A DNA stretch of 64,000 nucleotides from Eledone cirrhosa (lineage: Eukaryota). Made by a program: the position numbers and the translations under genes. Under the pieces are notes generated by a model. That model had not been told where the DNA came from, searched no databases, and was given only the letters and a program-made list of their open reading frames with translations. This document shows positions 1-15,000 of the stretch, one piece after another. Each line of letters begins with the position of its first letter. Position 1 is the stretch's first letter. Where the stretch lies: NCBI GenBank assembly GCA_964016885.1, contig OZ024746.1, forward strand, positions 50,530,001 through 50,594,000. Direction: 5' to 3'.

Positions 1-3000
1 AAAAGTTTGATTTTTTTTCGATTTCGAAAATTGATATATATTTTGTATTTTTCAAAAATTTTTCAACGTGCCGAAACACAATGTAAAAACGCATATTTTT
101 GAAAAAAAACATTTTTTCCAAATACTGTGTAAAATGATCAATTTGTGAAAAACCGATTTCGAAAATTGATATATATTTTGTATTTTTCAAAAATTTTGCG
201 TGTCGAAACACAATGTATAAACGCATTTTTTTAAAAAAAAAACATTTTTTCTAAAAATGATCAATTTGTGAAAAACCGAAAAAAATCAATTTTAGAAATC
301 AGAAGTAAATATTTCGAAATGTATAAAAAAATTGATTATTTTAGGTTTTTCACAAATTGATTATTTTAAAATTGTTTTTTTTCAGAAAAGATTGATTTTT
401 TTTCTTTCGAAATATATACTTTCTGATTTCGAAAATTGATATATATTTTGTATTTTTCAAAAATTTTTCAACGTGTCGAAACACAATGTATAAACGCATT
501 ATTTTGAAAAAAAACATTTTTTCCAAATATTGTGTAAAGTGATCAATTTGTGAAAAACCTAAAAATATCAATTTTAGATACCAGAAGTAAATATTTCGAA
601 ATGTATAAAAAAATTGATTATTTTAGGTTTTTCACAAATTGATCATTTTACACAGTATTTCGAAAAATTGTTTTTTTTCAAAAAAGTTTGATTTTTTTTC
701 GATTACGAAAATTGATATATATTTTGTATTTTTCAAAAATTTTTCAACGTGTCGAAACACAATGTATAAACGCATTATTTTGAAAAAAAACATTTTTTCC
801 AAATATTGTGTAAAGTGATCAATTTGTGAAAAACCTAAAAATATCAATTTTAGATACCAGAAGTAAATATTTCGAAATGTATAAAAAAATTGATTATTTT
901 AGGTTTTTCACAAATTGATCATTTTACACAGTATTTCGAAAAATTGTTTTTTTTCAAAAAAGTTTGATTTCTTTTCGATTACGAAAATTGATATATATTT
1001 TGTATTTTTCAAAAATTTTTCAACGTGTCGAAACACAATGTATAAACGCATTATTTTGAAAAAAAACATTTTTTCCAAATATTGTGTAAAGTGATCAATT
1101 TGTGAAAAACCTAAAAATATCAATTTTAGATACAGAAGTAAATATTTCGAAATGTATAAAAAAATTGATTATTTTAGGTTTTTCACAAATTCATCATTTT
1201 ACACAGTATTTCGAAAAATTGTTTTTTTTCAAAAAAGTTTGATTTTTTTTCGATTTCGAAAATTGATATATATTTTGTATTTTTCAAAAATTTTTCAACG
1301 TGTCGAAACAATGTATAAACGCATTTTTTTAAAAAAAAACATTTTTTCTAAATACTGTGTAAAATGATCAATTTGTGAAAAACCGAAAAAAATCAATTTT
1401 AGAAATCTGAAGTAAATATTTCGAAATGTATAAAAAATTGATTATTTTAGGTTTTTCACAAATTGATCATTTTACACAGTATTTCGAAAAATTGTTTTTT
1501 TTCAGAAAAGTTTGATTTATTTTCGATTTAGAAAATTGATATATATTTTGTATTTTTCAAAAGTTTTTCAACGTGTCGAAACACAATGTATAAACGCATT
1601 TTTTTAAAAAAAAACATTTTTTCTAAATATTGTGTAAAGTGATCGATTTGTGAAAAACCCAAAAAAATCAATTTTAGATATCAGAAGTAAATATTTCGAA
1701 ATGTATAAAAAAATTAATTATTTTAGGTTTTTCACAAATTGATCATTTTACACAGTATTTCGAAAAATTGTTTTTTTTCAAAAAAGTGATTTTTTTTCGA
1801 TTTCGAAAATTGATATGTATTTTGTATTTTTCAATAATTTTTCAAAGTGTCGAAACACGATAAAAAACATTTTTTCTAAAAATGATCAATTTGTGAAAAA
1901 CCGAAAAAAATCAATTTTAGAAATCAGAAGTAAATATTTCGAAATGTATAAAAAAATTGATTATTTTAGGTTTTTCACAAATTGATCATTTTACGCAGTA
2001 TTTCGAAAAATTGTTTTTTTTCAAAAAAGTGATTTTTTTTCGATTTCGAAAATTGATATGTATTTTGTATTTTTCAAAAATTTTTCAACGTGTCGAAAAA
2101 CAACGTATAAACGCATTTTTAAAAAAAAAAACATTTTTTCTAAATATTGTGTAAAGGTGAAAAACCTAAAAAAATCAATTTTAGATATCAGAAGTAAATA
2201 TTTCGAAATGTATAAAAAAATTGATTATTTTAGGTTTTTCACAGTACTTCGAAAAATTGTTTTTTTTCAAAAAAGTTTGATTTTTTTTCGATTTCGAAAA
2301 TTGATATATATTCTGTATTTTTCAAAAATTTTTCAACGTGTCGAAACACAATGTAAAAACGCATTTTTTAAAAAAAAAAACATTTTTTCTAAAAATGATC
2401 AATTTGTGAAAAACCGAAAAAAATCAATTTTAGAAATCAGAAGTAAATATTTCGAAATGTATAAAAAAATTGATTATTTTAGGTTTTTCACAAATTGATC
2501 ATTTTACACAGTATTTCGAAAAATTGTTTTTTTTCAGAAAAGATTGATTTTTTTCTTTCGAAATATATACTTTCTGATTTCGAAAATTGATATATATCTT
2601 GTATTTTTCAAAAATTTTTCAACGTGTCGAAACACAATGTATAAACGCATTATTTTGAAAAAAAACATTTTTTCCAAATATTGTGTAAAGTGATCAATTT
2701 GTGAAAAACCTAAAAATATCAATTTTAGATACCAGAACTAAATATTTCGAAATGTATAAAAAAATTGATTATTTTAGGTTTTTCACAAATTGATCATTTT
2801 ACACAGTATTTCGAAAAATTGTTTTTTTTCAAAAAAGTTTGATTTTTTTTCGATTTCGAAAATTGATATATATTTTGTATTTTTCAAAAATTTTTCAGCG
2901 TGCCGAAACACAATGTAAAAACGCATATTTTTGAAAAAAAACATTTTTTCCAAATACTGTGTAAAATGATCAATTTGTGAAAAACCGATTTCGAAAATTG

Positions 3001-6000
3001 ATATATATTTTGTATTTTTCAAAAATTTTGCGTGTCGAAACACGATGTATAAACGCATTTTTTTAAAAAAAAAACATTTTTTCTAAAAATGATCAATTTG
3101 TGAAAAACCGAAAAAAATCAATTTTAGAAATCAGAAGTAAATATTCCGAAATGTATAAAAAAATTGATTATTTTAGGTTTTTCACAAATTGATTATTTTA
3201 CACAGTATTTCGAAAAATTGTTTTTTTTCAGAAAAGATTGATTTTTTTCTTTCGAAATATATACTTTCTGATTTCGAAAATTGATATATATTTTGTATTT
3301 TTCAAAAATTTTTCAACGTGTCGAAACACAATGTATAAACGCATTATTTTGAAAAAAAACATTTTTTCCAAATATTGTGTAAAGTGATCAATTTGTGAAA
3401 AACCTAAAAATATCAATTTTAGATACCAGAACTAAATATTTCGAAATGTATAAAAAAATTGATTATTTTAGGTTTTTCACAAATTGATCATTTTACACAG
3501 TATTTCGAAAAATTGTTTTTTTTTAAAAAAGTTTGATTTTTTTTCGATTACGAAAATTGATATATATTTTGTATTTTTCAAAAATTTTTCAACGTGTCGA
3601 AACACAATGTATAAACGCATTATTTTGAAAAAAAACATTTTTTCCAAATATTGTGTAAAGTGATCAATTTGTGAAAAACCTAAAAATATCAATTTTAGAT
3701 ACCAGAAGTAAATATTTCGAAATGTATAAAAAAATTGATTATTTTAGGTTTTTCACAAATTGATCATTTTACACAGTATTTCGAAAAATTGTTTTTTTTC
3801 AGAAAAGATTGATTTTTTTTCTTTCGAAATATATACTTTCTGATTTCAAAAATTGATATATATTTTGTATTTTTCAAAAATTTTTCAACGTGTCGAAACA
3901 CAATGCATAAACGCATTTTTTTTAAAAAAAACATTTTTTCTAAATACTTTGTAAAATGATCGATTTGTGAAAAACCCCAAAAAATAAATTTTAGATATCA
4001 GAAGTAAATATTTCGATGAATAAACGCATTTTTTTGAAAAAAAACATTTCATCCAAAAAGTGATCAATTTATGAAAAACCTAAAAATATCAATTTTAGAA
4101 ATCAGAAGTAAATATTTCGAAAAGTATAAAAAAATTGATTATTTTAGGTTTTTCACAAAATGATCAATTTGTGCAAAACCAAGATATCAGAAGTAAATAT
4201 TTCGAAATGTATAAAAAAATTGATTATTTTAGGTTTTTCACAAATTGATCATTTTACACAGTATTTCGAAAAATTGTTTTTTTTCAAAAAAGTTTGATTT
4301 TTTTTCGATTTCGAAAATTGATATATATTTTGTATTTTTCAAAAATTTTTCAGCGTGCCGAAACACAATGTAAAAACGCATATTTTTGAAAAAAAACATT
4401 TTTTCCAAATACTGTGTAAAATGATCAATTTGTGAAAAACCGATTTCGAAAATTGATATATATTTTGTATTTTTCAAAAATTTTGCGTGTCGAAACACGA
4501 TGTATAAACGCATTTTTTAAAAAAAAAAACATTTTTTCTAAAAGTGATCAATTTGTGAAAAACCGAAAAAAATCAATTTTAGAAATCAGAAGTAAATATT
4601 TCGAAATGTATAAAAAAATTGATTATTTTAGGTTTTTCACAAATTGATTATTTTACACAGTATTTCGAAAAATTGTTTTTTTTCAGAAAAGATTGATTTT
4701 TTTCTTTCGAAATATATACTTTCTGATTTCGAAAATTGATATATATTTTGTATTTTTCAAAAATTTTTCAACGTGTCGAAACACAATGTATAAACGCATT
4801 ATTTTGGAAAAAAACATTTTTTCCAAATATTGTGTAAAGTGATCAATTTGTGAAAAACCTAAAAATATCAATTTTAGATACCAGAACTAAATATTTCGAA
4901 ATGTATAAAAAAATTGATTATTTTAGGTTTTTCACAAATTGATCATTTTACACAGTATTTCGAAAAATTGTTTTTTTTTAAAAAAGTTTGATTTTTTTTC
5001 GATTACGAAAATTGATATATATTTTGTATTTTTCAAAAATTTTTCAACGTGTCGAAACACAATGTATAAACGCATTATTTTGAAAAAAAACATTTTTTCC
5101 AAATATTGTGTAAAGTGATCAATTTGTGAAAAACCTAAAAATATCAATTTTAGATACCAGAAGTAAATATTTCGAAATGTATAAAAAAATTGATTATTTT
5201 AGGTTTTTCACAAATTGATCATTTTACGCAGTATTTCGAAAAATTGTTTTTTTTCAAAAAAGTTTGATTTTTTTTCGATTTCGAAAATCGATATATATTC
5301 TGTATTTTTCAAAAATTTTTCAACGTGTAAAAACGCATATTTTTGAAAAAAAACATTTTTTCCAAATACTGTGTAAAATGATCAATTTGTGAAAAACCGA
5401 AAAAAATCAATTTTAGAAATCAGAAGTAAATATTTTGAAATGTATAAAAATATTGATTATTTTAGGTTTTTCACAAATTGATCATTTTACACAGTATTTC
5501 GAAAAATTGTTTTTTTTCAGAAAAGATTGATTTTTTTTCTTTCGAAATATATACTTTCTGATTTCAAAAATTGATATATATTTTGTATTTTTCAAAAATT
5601 TTTCAACGTGTCGAAACACAATGCATAAACGCATTTTTTAAAAAAAAACATTTTTTCCAAATACTTTGTAAAATGATCGATTTGTGAAAAACCCCAAAAA
5701 ATCAATTTTAGATATCAGAAGTAAATATTTCTAAATGTATAAAAAAATTGATTATTTTAGGTTTTTCACAAATTGATCATTTTACACAGTATTTCGAAAA
5801 ATTGTTTTTTTTCAAAAAAGTCATTTTTTTTCGATTTCGAAAATTGATATGTATTTTGTATTTTTCAAAAATTTTTCAACGTGTCGAAACACAACGTATA
5901 AACGCATTTTTAAAAAAAAAAACATTTTTTCTAAATATTGTGTAAAGGTGAAAAACCTAAAAAAATCAATTTTAGATAACAGAAGTAAATATTTCGAAAT

Positions 6001-9000
6001 GTATAAAAAAATTGATTATTTTAGGTTTTTCACAAATTGATCATTTTACACAGTATTTCGAAAAATTGTTTTTTTTCAAAAAAGATTGATTTTTTTTCTT
6101 TCGAAATGTATACCTTCTGATTTCGAAAATTGACATATATTTTGTATTTTTCAAAAGTTTTTCAACGTGTCGAAACACAATGCATAAACGCATTATTTTG
6201 AAAAAAAACATTTTTTCCAAATATTGTGTAAAGTGATCAATTTGTGAAAAACCTAAAAATATCAATTTTAGATACCAGAAGTAAATATTTCGAAATGTAT
6301 AAAAAAATTGATTATTTTAGGTTTTTCACAAATTGATCATTTTACACAGTATTTCGAAAAATTGTTTTTTTTCAAAAAAGTCATTTTTTTTCGATTTCGA
6401 AAATTGATATGTATTTTGTATTTTTCAAAAATTTTTCAACGTGTCGAAACACAACGTATAAACGCATTTTTAAAAAAAAAAACATTTTTACTAAATATTG
6501 TGTAAAGGTGAAAAACCTAAAAAAATCAATTTTAGATATCAGAAGTAAATATTTCGAAATGTATAAAAAAATTGATTATTTTAGGTTTTTCACAAATTCA
6601 TCATTTTACACAGTATTTCGAAAAATTGTTTTTTTTCAGAAAAGATTGATTTTTTTTCTTTCGAAATATATACTTTCTGATTTCAAAAATTGATATATAT
6701 TTTGTATTTTTCAAAAATTTTTCAACGTGTCGAAACACAATGCATAAACGCATTTTTTTTAAAAAAAACATTTTTTCTAAATACTTTGTAAAATGATCGA
6801 TTTGTGAAAAACCCCAAAAAATAAATTTTAGATATCAGAAGTAAATATTTCGATGAATAAACGCATTTTTTTGAAAAAAAACATTTCATCCAAAAAGTGA
6901 TCAATTTATGAAAAACCTAAAAATATCAATTTTAGAAATCAGAAGTAAATATTTCGAAATGTATAAAAAATTGATTATTTTAGGTTTTTCACAAATTGAT
7001 CATTTTACACAGTATTTCGAAAAATTGTTTTTTTTCAGAAAAGTTTGATTTATTTTCGATTTAGAAAATTGATATATATTTTGTATTTTTCAAAAGTTTT
7101 TCAACGTGTCGAAACACAATGTATAAACGCATTTTTTTAAAAAAAAACATTTTTTCTAAATATTGTGTAAAATGATCAATTTGTGAAAAACCGAAAAAAA
7201 TCAATTTTAGAAATCAGAAGTAAATATTTCGAAATGTATAAAAAATTGATTATTTTAGGTTTTTCACAAATTGATCATTTTACACAGTATTTCGAAAAAT
7301 TGTTTTTTTTCAGAAAAGTTTGATTTATTTTCGATTTAGAAAATTGATATATATTTTGTATTTTTCAAAAGTTTTTCAACGTGTCGAAACACAATGTATA
7401 AACGCATTTTTTTAAAAAAAAACATTTTTTCTAAATATTGTGTAAAGTGATCGATTTGTGAAAAACCCAGAAAAATCAATTTTAGATATCAGAAGTAAAT
7501 ATTTCGAAATGTATAAAAAAATTAATTATTTTAGGTTTTTCACAAATTGATCATTTTACACAGTATTTCGAAAAGTTGTTCTTTTTCAAAAAAGTGATTT
7601 TTTTTCGATTTCGAAAATTGATATGTATTTTGTATTTTTCAATAATTTTTCAAAGTGTCGAAACACGATAAAAAACATTTTTTCTAAAAATGATCAATTT
7701 GTGAAAAACCGAAAAAAATCAATTTTAGAAATCAGAAGTAAATATTTCGAAATGTATAAAAATATTGATTATTTTAGGTTTTTCACAAATTGATCATTTT
7801 ACACAGTATTTCGAAAAATTGTTTTTTTCAAAAAAGATTGATTTTTTTTCTTTCGAAATATATACTTTCTGATATCGAAAATTGATATATATTTTGTATT
7901 TTTCAAAAATTTTTCAACGTGTCGAAACACAATGCATAAACGCATTTTTTAAAAAAAAACATTTTTCTAAATACTTTGTAAAATGATCGATTTGTGAAAA
8001 ACCGAAAAAAATCAATTTTAGAAATCTGAAGTAAATATTTCGAAATGTATAAAAAATTGATTATTTTAGGTTTTTCACAAATTGATCATTTTACACAGTA
8101 TTTCGAAAAATTGTTTTTTTTCAGAAAAGTTTGATTTATTTTCGATTTCGAAAATTGATATATATTTTGTATTTTTCAAAAATTTTTCAACGTGCCGAAA
8201 CACAATGTAAAAACGCATATTTTTGAAAAAAAACATTTTTTCCAAATACTGTGTAAAATGATCAATTTGTGAAAAACCGATTTCGAAAATTGATATATAT
8301 TTTGTATTTTTCAAAAATTTTGCGTGTCGAAACACGATGTATAAACGCATTTTTTTAAAAAAAAAACATTTTTTCTAAAAATGATCAATTTGTGAAAAAC
8401 CGAAAAAAATCAATTTTAGAAATCAGAAGTAAATATTTCGAAATGTATAAAAAAATTGATTATTTTAGGTTTTTCACAAATTGATTATTTTAAAATTGTT
8501 TTTTTTCAGAAAAGATTGATTTTTTTTCTTTCGAAATATATACTTTCTGATTTCGAAAATTGATATATATTTTGTATTTTTCAAAAATTTTTCAACGTGT
8601 CGAAACACAATGTATAAACGAATTATTTTGAAAAAAAACATTTTTTCCAAATATTGTGTAAAGTGATCAATTTGTGAAAAACCTAAAAATATCAATTTTA
8701 GATACCAGAAGTAAATATTTCGAAATGTATAAAAAAATTGATTATTTTAGGTTTTTCACAAATTGATCATTTTACACAGTATTTCGAAAAATTGTTTTTT
8801 TTCAAAAAAGTTTGATTTTTTTTCGATTACGAAAATTGATATATGTTTTGTATTTTTCAAAAATTTTTCAACGTGTCGAAACACAATGTATAAACGCATT
8901 ATTTTGAAAAAAAACATTTTTTCCAAATATTGTGTAAAGTGATCAATTTGTGAAAAACCTAAAAATATCAATTTTAGATACCAGAAGTAAATATTTCGAA

Positions 9001-12000
9001 ATGTATAAAAAAATTGATTATTTTAGGTTTTTCACAAATTCATCATTTTACACAGTATTTCGAAAAATTGTTTTTTTTCAAAAAAGTTTGATTTTTTTTC
9101 GATTTCGAAAATTGATATATATTTTGTATTTTTCAAAAATTTTTCAACGTGTCGAAACAATGTATAAACGCATTTTTTTTAAAAAAAAACATTTTTTCTA
9201 AATACTGTGTAAAATGATCAATTTGTGAAAAACCGAAAAAAATCAATTTTAGAAATCTGAAGTAAATATTTCGAAATGTATAAAAAATTGATTATTTTAG
9301 GTTTTTCACAAATTGATCATTTTACACAGTATTTCGAAAAATTGTTTTTTTTCAGAAAAGTTTGATTTATTTTCGATTTAGAAAATTGATATATATTTTG
9401 TATTTTTCAAAAGTTTTTCAACGTGTCGAAACACAATGTATAAACGCATTTTTTTAAAAAAAAACATTTTTTCTAGATATTGTGTAAAGTGATCGATTTG
9501 TGAAAAACCCAAAAAAATCAATTTTAGATATCAGAAGTAGATATTTCGAAATGTATAAAAAAATTAATTATTTTAGGTTTTTCACAAATTGGTCATTTTA
9601 CACAGTATTTCGAAAAATTGTTTTTTTTCAAAAAAGTGATTTTTTTTCGATTTCGAAAATTGATATGTATTTTGTATTTTTCAAAAATTTTTCAACGTGT
9701 CGAAAAACAACGTATAAACGCATTTTTAAAAAAAAAAACATTTTTTCTAAATATTGTGTAAAGGTGAAAAACCTAAAAAAATCAATTTTAGATATCAGAA
9801 GTAAATATTTCGAAATGTATAAAAAAATTGATTATTTTAGGTTTTTCACAGTACTTCGAAAAATTGTTTTTTTTCAAAAAAGTTTGATTTTTTTTCGATT
9901 TCGAAAATTGATATATATTCTGTATTTTTCAAAAATTTTTCAACGTGTCGAAACACAATGTAAAAACGCATATTTTTGAAAAAAAACATTTTTTCCAAAT
10001 ACTGTGTAAAATGATCAATTTGTGAAAAACCGAAAAAAATCAATTTTAGAAATCAGAAGTAAATATTTTGAAATGTATAAAAATATTGATTATTTTAGGT
10101 TTTTCACAAATTGATCATTTTACACAGTATTTCGAAAAATTGTTTTTTTTCAGAAAAGATTGATTTTTTTCTTTCGAAATATATACTTTCTGATTTCGAA
10201 AATTGATATATATTTTGTATTTTTCAAAAATTTTTCAACGTGTCGAAACACAATGTATAAACGCATTATTTTGAAAAAAAACATTTTTTCCAAATATTGT
10301 GTAAAGTGATCAATTTGTGAAAAACCTAAAAATATCAATTTTAGATACCAGAAGTAAATATTTCGAAATGTATAAAAAAATTGATTATTTTAGGTTTTTC
10401 ACAAATTGATCATTTTACACAGTATTTCGAAAAATTGTTTTTTTTCAGAAAAGATTGATTTTTTTTCTTTCGAAATATATACTTTCTGATTTCAAAAATT
10501 GATATATATTTTGTATTTTTCAAAAATTTTTCAACGTGTCGAAACACAATGCATAAACGCATTTTTTTTAAAAAAAACATTTTTTCTAAATACTTTGTAA
10601 AATGATCGATTTGTGAAAAACCCCAAAAAATAAATTTTAGATATCAGAAGTAAATATTTCGATGAATAAACGCATTTTTTTGAAAAAAAACATTTCATCC
10701 AAAAAGTGATCAATTTATGAAAAACCTAAAAATATCAATTTTAGAAATCAGAAGTAAATATTTCGAAAAGTATAAAAAAATTGATTATTTTAGGTTTTTC
10801 ACAAAATGATCAATTTGTGCAAAACCAAAAAAAATCAATTTTAGATATCAGAAGTAAATATTTCGAAATGTATAAAAAAATTGATTATTTTAGGTTTTTC
10901 ACAAATTGATCATTTTACACAGTATTTCGAAAAATTGTTTTTTTTCAAAAAAGTTTGATTTTTTTTCGATTTCGAAAATTGATATATATTTTGTATTTTT
11001 CAAAAATTTTTCAGCGTGCCGAAACACAATGTAAAAACGCATATTTTTGAAAAAAAACATTTTTTCCAAATACTGTGTAAAATGATCAATTTGTGAAAAA
11101 CCGATTTCGAAAATTGATATTGATTATTTTAGGTTTTTCACAGTACTTCGAAAAATCGTTTTTTTTCAAAAAAGTTTGATTTTTTTTCGATTTCGAAAAT
11201 TGATATATATTCTGTATTTTTCAAAAATTTTTCAACGTGTCGAAACACAATGTAAAAACGCATATTTTTGAAAAAAAACATTTTTTCCAAATACTGTGTA
11301 AAATGATCAATTTGTGAAAAACCGAAAAAAATCAATTTTAGAAATCAGAAGTAAATATTTTGAAATGTATAAAAATATTGATTATTTTAGGTTTTTCACA
11401 AATTGATCATTTTACACAGTATTTCGAAAAATTGTTTTTTTTCAGAAAAGATTGATTTTTTTCTTTCGAAATATATACTTTCTGATTTCGAAAATTGATA
11501 TATATTTTGTATTTTTCAAAAATTTTTCAACGTGTCGAAACACAATGTATAAACGCATTATTTTGAAAAAAAACATTTTTTCCAAATATTGTGTAAAGTG
11601 ATCAATTTGTGAAAAACCTAAAAATATCAATTTTAGATACCAGAAGTAAATATTTCGAAATGTATAAAAAAATTGATTATTTTAGGTTTTTCACAAATTG
11701 ATCATTTTACACAGTATTTCGAAAAATTGTTTTTTTTCAGAAAAGATTGATTTTTTTTCTTTCGAAATATATACTTTCTGATTTCAAAAATTGATATATA
11801 TTTTGTATTTTTCAAAAATTTTTCAACGTGTCGAAACACAATGCATAAACGCATTTTTTTAAAAAAAAACATTTTTTCTAAATACTTTGTAAAATGATCG
11901 ATTTGTGAAAAACCCCAAAAAATAAATTTTAGATATCAGAAGTAAATATTTCGATGAATAAACGCATTTTTTTGAAAAAAAACATTTCATCCAAAAAGTG

Positions 12001-15000
12001 ATCAATTTATGAAAAACCTAAAAATATCAATTTTAGAAATCAGAAGTAAATATTTCGAAAAGTATAAAAAAATTGATTATTTTAGGTTTTTCACAAAATG
12101 ATCAATTTGTGCAAAACCAAAAAAAATCAATTTTAGATATCAGAAGTAAATATTTCGAAATGTATAAAAAAATTGATTATTTTAGGTTTTTCACAAATTG
12201 ATCATTTTACACAGTATTTCGAAAAATTGTTTTTTTTCAAAAAAGTTTGATTTTTTTTCGATTTCGAAAATTGATATATATTTTGTATTTTTCAAAAATT
12301 TTTCAGCGTGCCGAAACACAATGTAAAAACGCATATTTTTGAAAAAAAACATTTTTTCCAAATACTGTGTAAAATGATCAATTTGTGAAAAACCGATTTC
12401 GAAAATTGATATATATTTTGTATTTTTCAAAAATTTTGCGTGTCGAAACACGATGTATAAACGCATTTTTTTAAAAAAAAAACATTTTTTCTAAAAATGA
12501 TCAATTTGTGAAAAACCGAAAAAAATCAATTTTAGAAATCAGAAGTAAATATTTCGAAATGTATAAAAAAATTGATTATTTTAGGTTTTTCACAAATTGA
12601 TTATTTTACACAGTATTTCGAAAAATTGTTTTTTTTCAGAAAAGATTGATTTTTTTCTTTCGAAATATATACTTTCTGATTTCGAAAATTGATATATATT
12701 TTGTATTTTTCAAAAATTTTTCAACGTGTCGAAACACAATGTATAAACGCATTATTTTGAAAAAAAACATTTTTTCCAAATATTGTGTAAAGTGATCAAT
12801 TTGTGAAAAACCTAAAAATATCAATTTTAGATACCAGAACTAAATATTTCGAAATGTATAAAAAAATTGATTATTTTAGGTTTTTCACAAATTGATCATT
12901 TTACACAGTATTTCGAAAAATTGTTTTTTTTTAAAAAAGTTTGATTTTTTTTCGATTACGAAAATTGATATATATTTTGTATTTTTCAAAAATTTTTCAA
13001 CGTGTCGAAACACAATGTATAAACGCATTATTTTGAAAAAAAACATTTTTTCCAAATATTGTGTAAAGTGATCAATTTGTGAAAAACCTAAAAATATCAA
13101 TTTTAGATACCAGAAGTAAATATTTCGAAATGTATAAAAAAATTGATTATTTTAGGTTTTTCACAAATTGATCATTTTACGCAGTATTTCGAAAAATTGT
13201 TTTTTTTCAAAAAAGTTTGATTTTTTTTCGATTTCGAAAATCGATATATATTCTGTATTTTTCAAAAATTTTTCAACGTGTCGAAACACAATGTAAAAAC
13301 GCATATTTTTGAAAAAAAACATTTTTTCCAAATACTGTGTAAAATGATCAATTTGTGAAAAACCGAAAAAAATCAATTTTAGAAATCAGAAGTAAATATT
13401 TTGAAATGTATAAAAATATTGATTATTTTAGGTTTTTCACAAATTGATCATTTTACACAGTATTTCGAAAAATTGTTTTTTTTCAGAAAAGATTGATTTT
13501 TTTTCTTTCGAAATATATACTTTCTGATTTCAAAAATTGATATATATTTTGTATTTTTCAAAAATTTTTCAACGTGTCGAAACACAATACATAAACGCAT
13601 TTTTTAAAAAAAAACATTTTTTCCAAATACTTTGTAAAATGATCGATTTGTGAAAAACCCCAAAAAATCAATTTTAGATATCAGAAGTAAATATTTCTAA
13701 ATGTATAAAAAAATTGATTATTTTAGGTTTTTCACAAATTGATCATTTTACACAGTATTTCGAAAAATTGTTTTTTTTCAAAAAAGTGATTTTTTTTCGA
13801 TTTCGAAAATTGATATGTATTTTGTATTTTTCAAAAATTTTTCAACGTGTCGAAACACAACGTATAAACGCATTTTTAAAAAAAAAAACATTTTTTCTAA
13901 ATATTGTGTAAAGGTGAAAAACCTAAAAAAATCAATTTTAGATAACAGAAGTAAATATTTCGAAATGTATAAAAAAATTGATTATTTTAGGTTTTTCACA
14001 AATTGATCATTTTACACAGTATTTCGAAAAATTGTTTTTTTTCAAAAAAGATTGATTTTTTTTCTTTCGAAATGTATACCTTCTGATTTCGAAAATTGAC
14101 ATATATTTTGTATTTTTCAAAAGTTTTTCAACGTGTCGAAACACAATGCATAAACGCATTATTTTGAAAAAAAACATTTTTTCCAAATATTGTGTAAAGT
14201 GATCAATTTGTGAAAAACCTAAAAATATCAATTTTAGATACCAGAAGTAAATATTTCGAAATGTATAAAAAAATTGATTATTTTAGGTTTTTCACAAATT
14301 GATCATTTTACACAGTATTTCGAAAAATTGTTTTTTTTCAAAAAAGTCATTTTTTTTCGATTTCGAAAATTGATATGTATTTTGTATTTTTCAAAAATTT
14401 TTCAACGTGTCGAAACACAACGTATAAACGCATTTTTTAAAAAAAAAACATTTTTACTAAATATTGTGTAAAGGTGAAAAACCTAAAAAAATCAATTTTA
14501 GATAACAGAAGTAAATATTTCGAAATGTATAAAAAAATTGATTATTTTAGGTTTTTCACAAATTCATCATTTTACACAGTATTTCGAAAAATTGTTTTTT
14601 TTCAGAAAAGATTGATTTTTTTTCTTTCGAAATATATACTTTCTGATTTCAAAAATTGATATATATTTTGTATTTTTCAAAAATTTTTCAACGTGTCGAA
14701 ACACAATGCATAAACGCATTTTTTTTAAAAAAAACATTTTTTCTAAATACTTTGTAAAATGATCGATTTGTGAAAAACCCCAAAAAATAAATTTTAGATA
14801 TCAGAAGTAAATATTTCGATGAATAAACGCATTTTTTTGAAAAAAAACATTTCATCCAAAAAGTGATCAATTTATGAAAAACCTAAAAATATCAATTTTA
14901 GAAATCAGAAGTAAATATTTCGAAAAGTATAAAAAAATTGATTATTTTAGGTTTTTCACAAAATGATCAATTTGTGCAAAACCAAAAAAAATCAATTTTA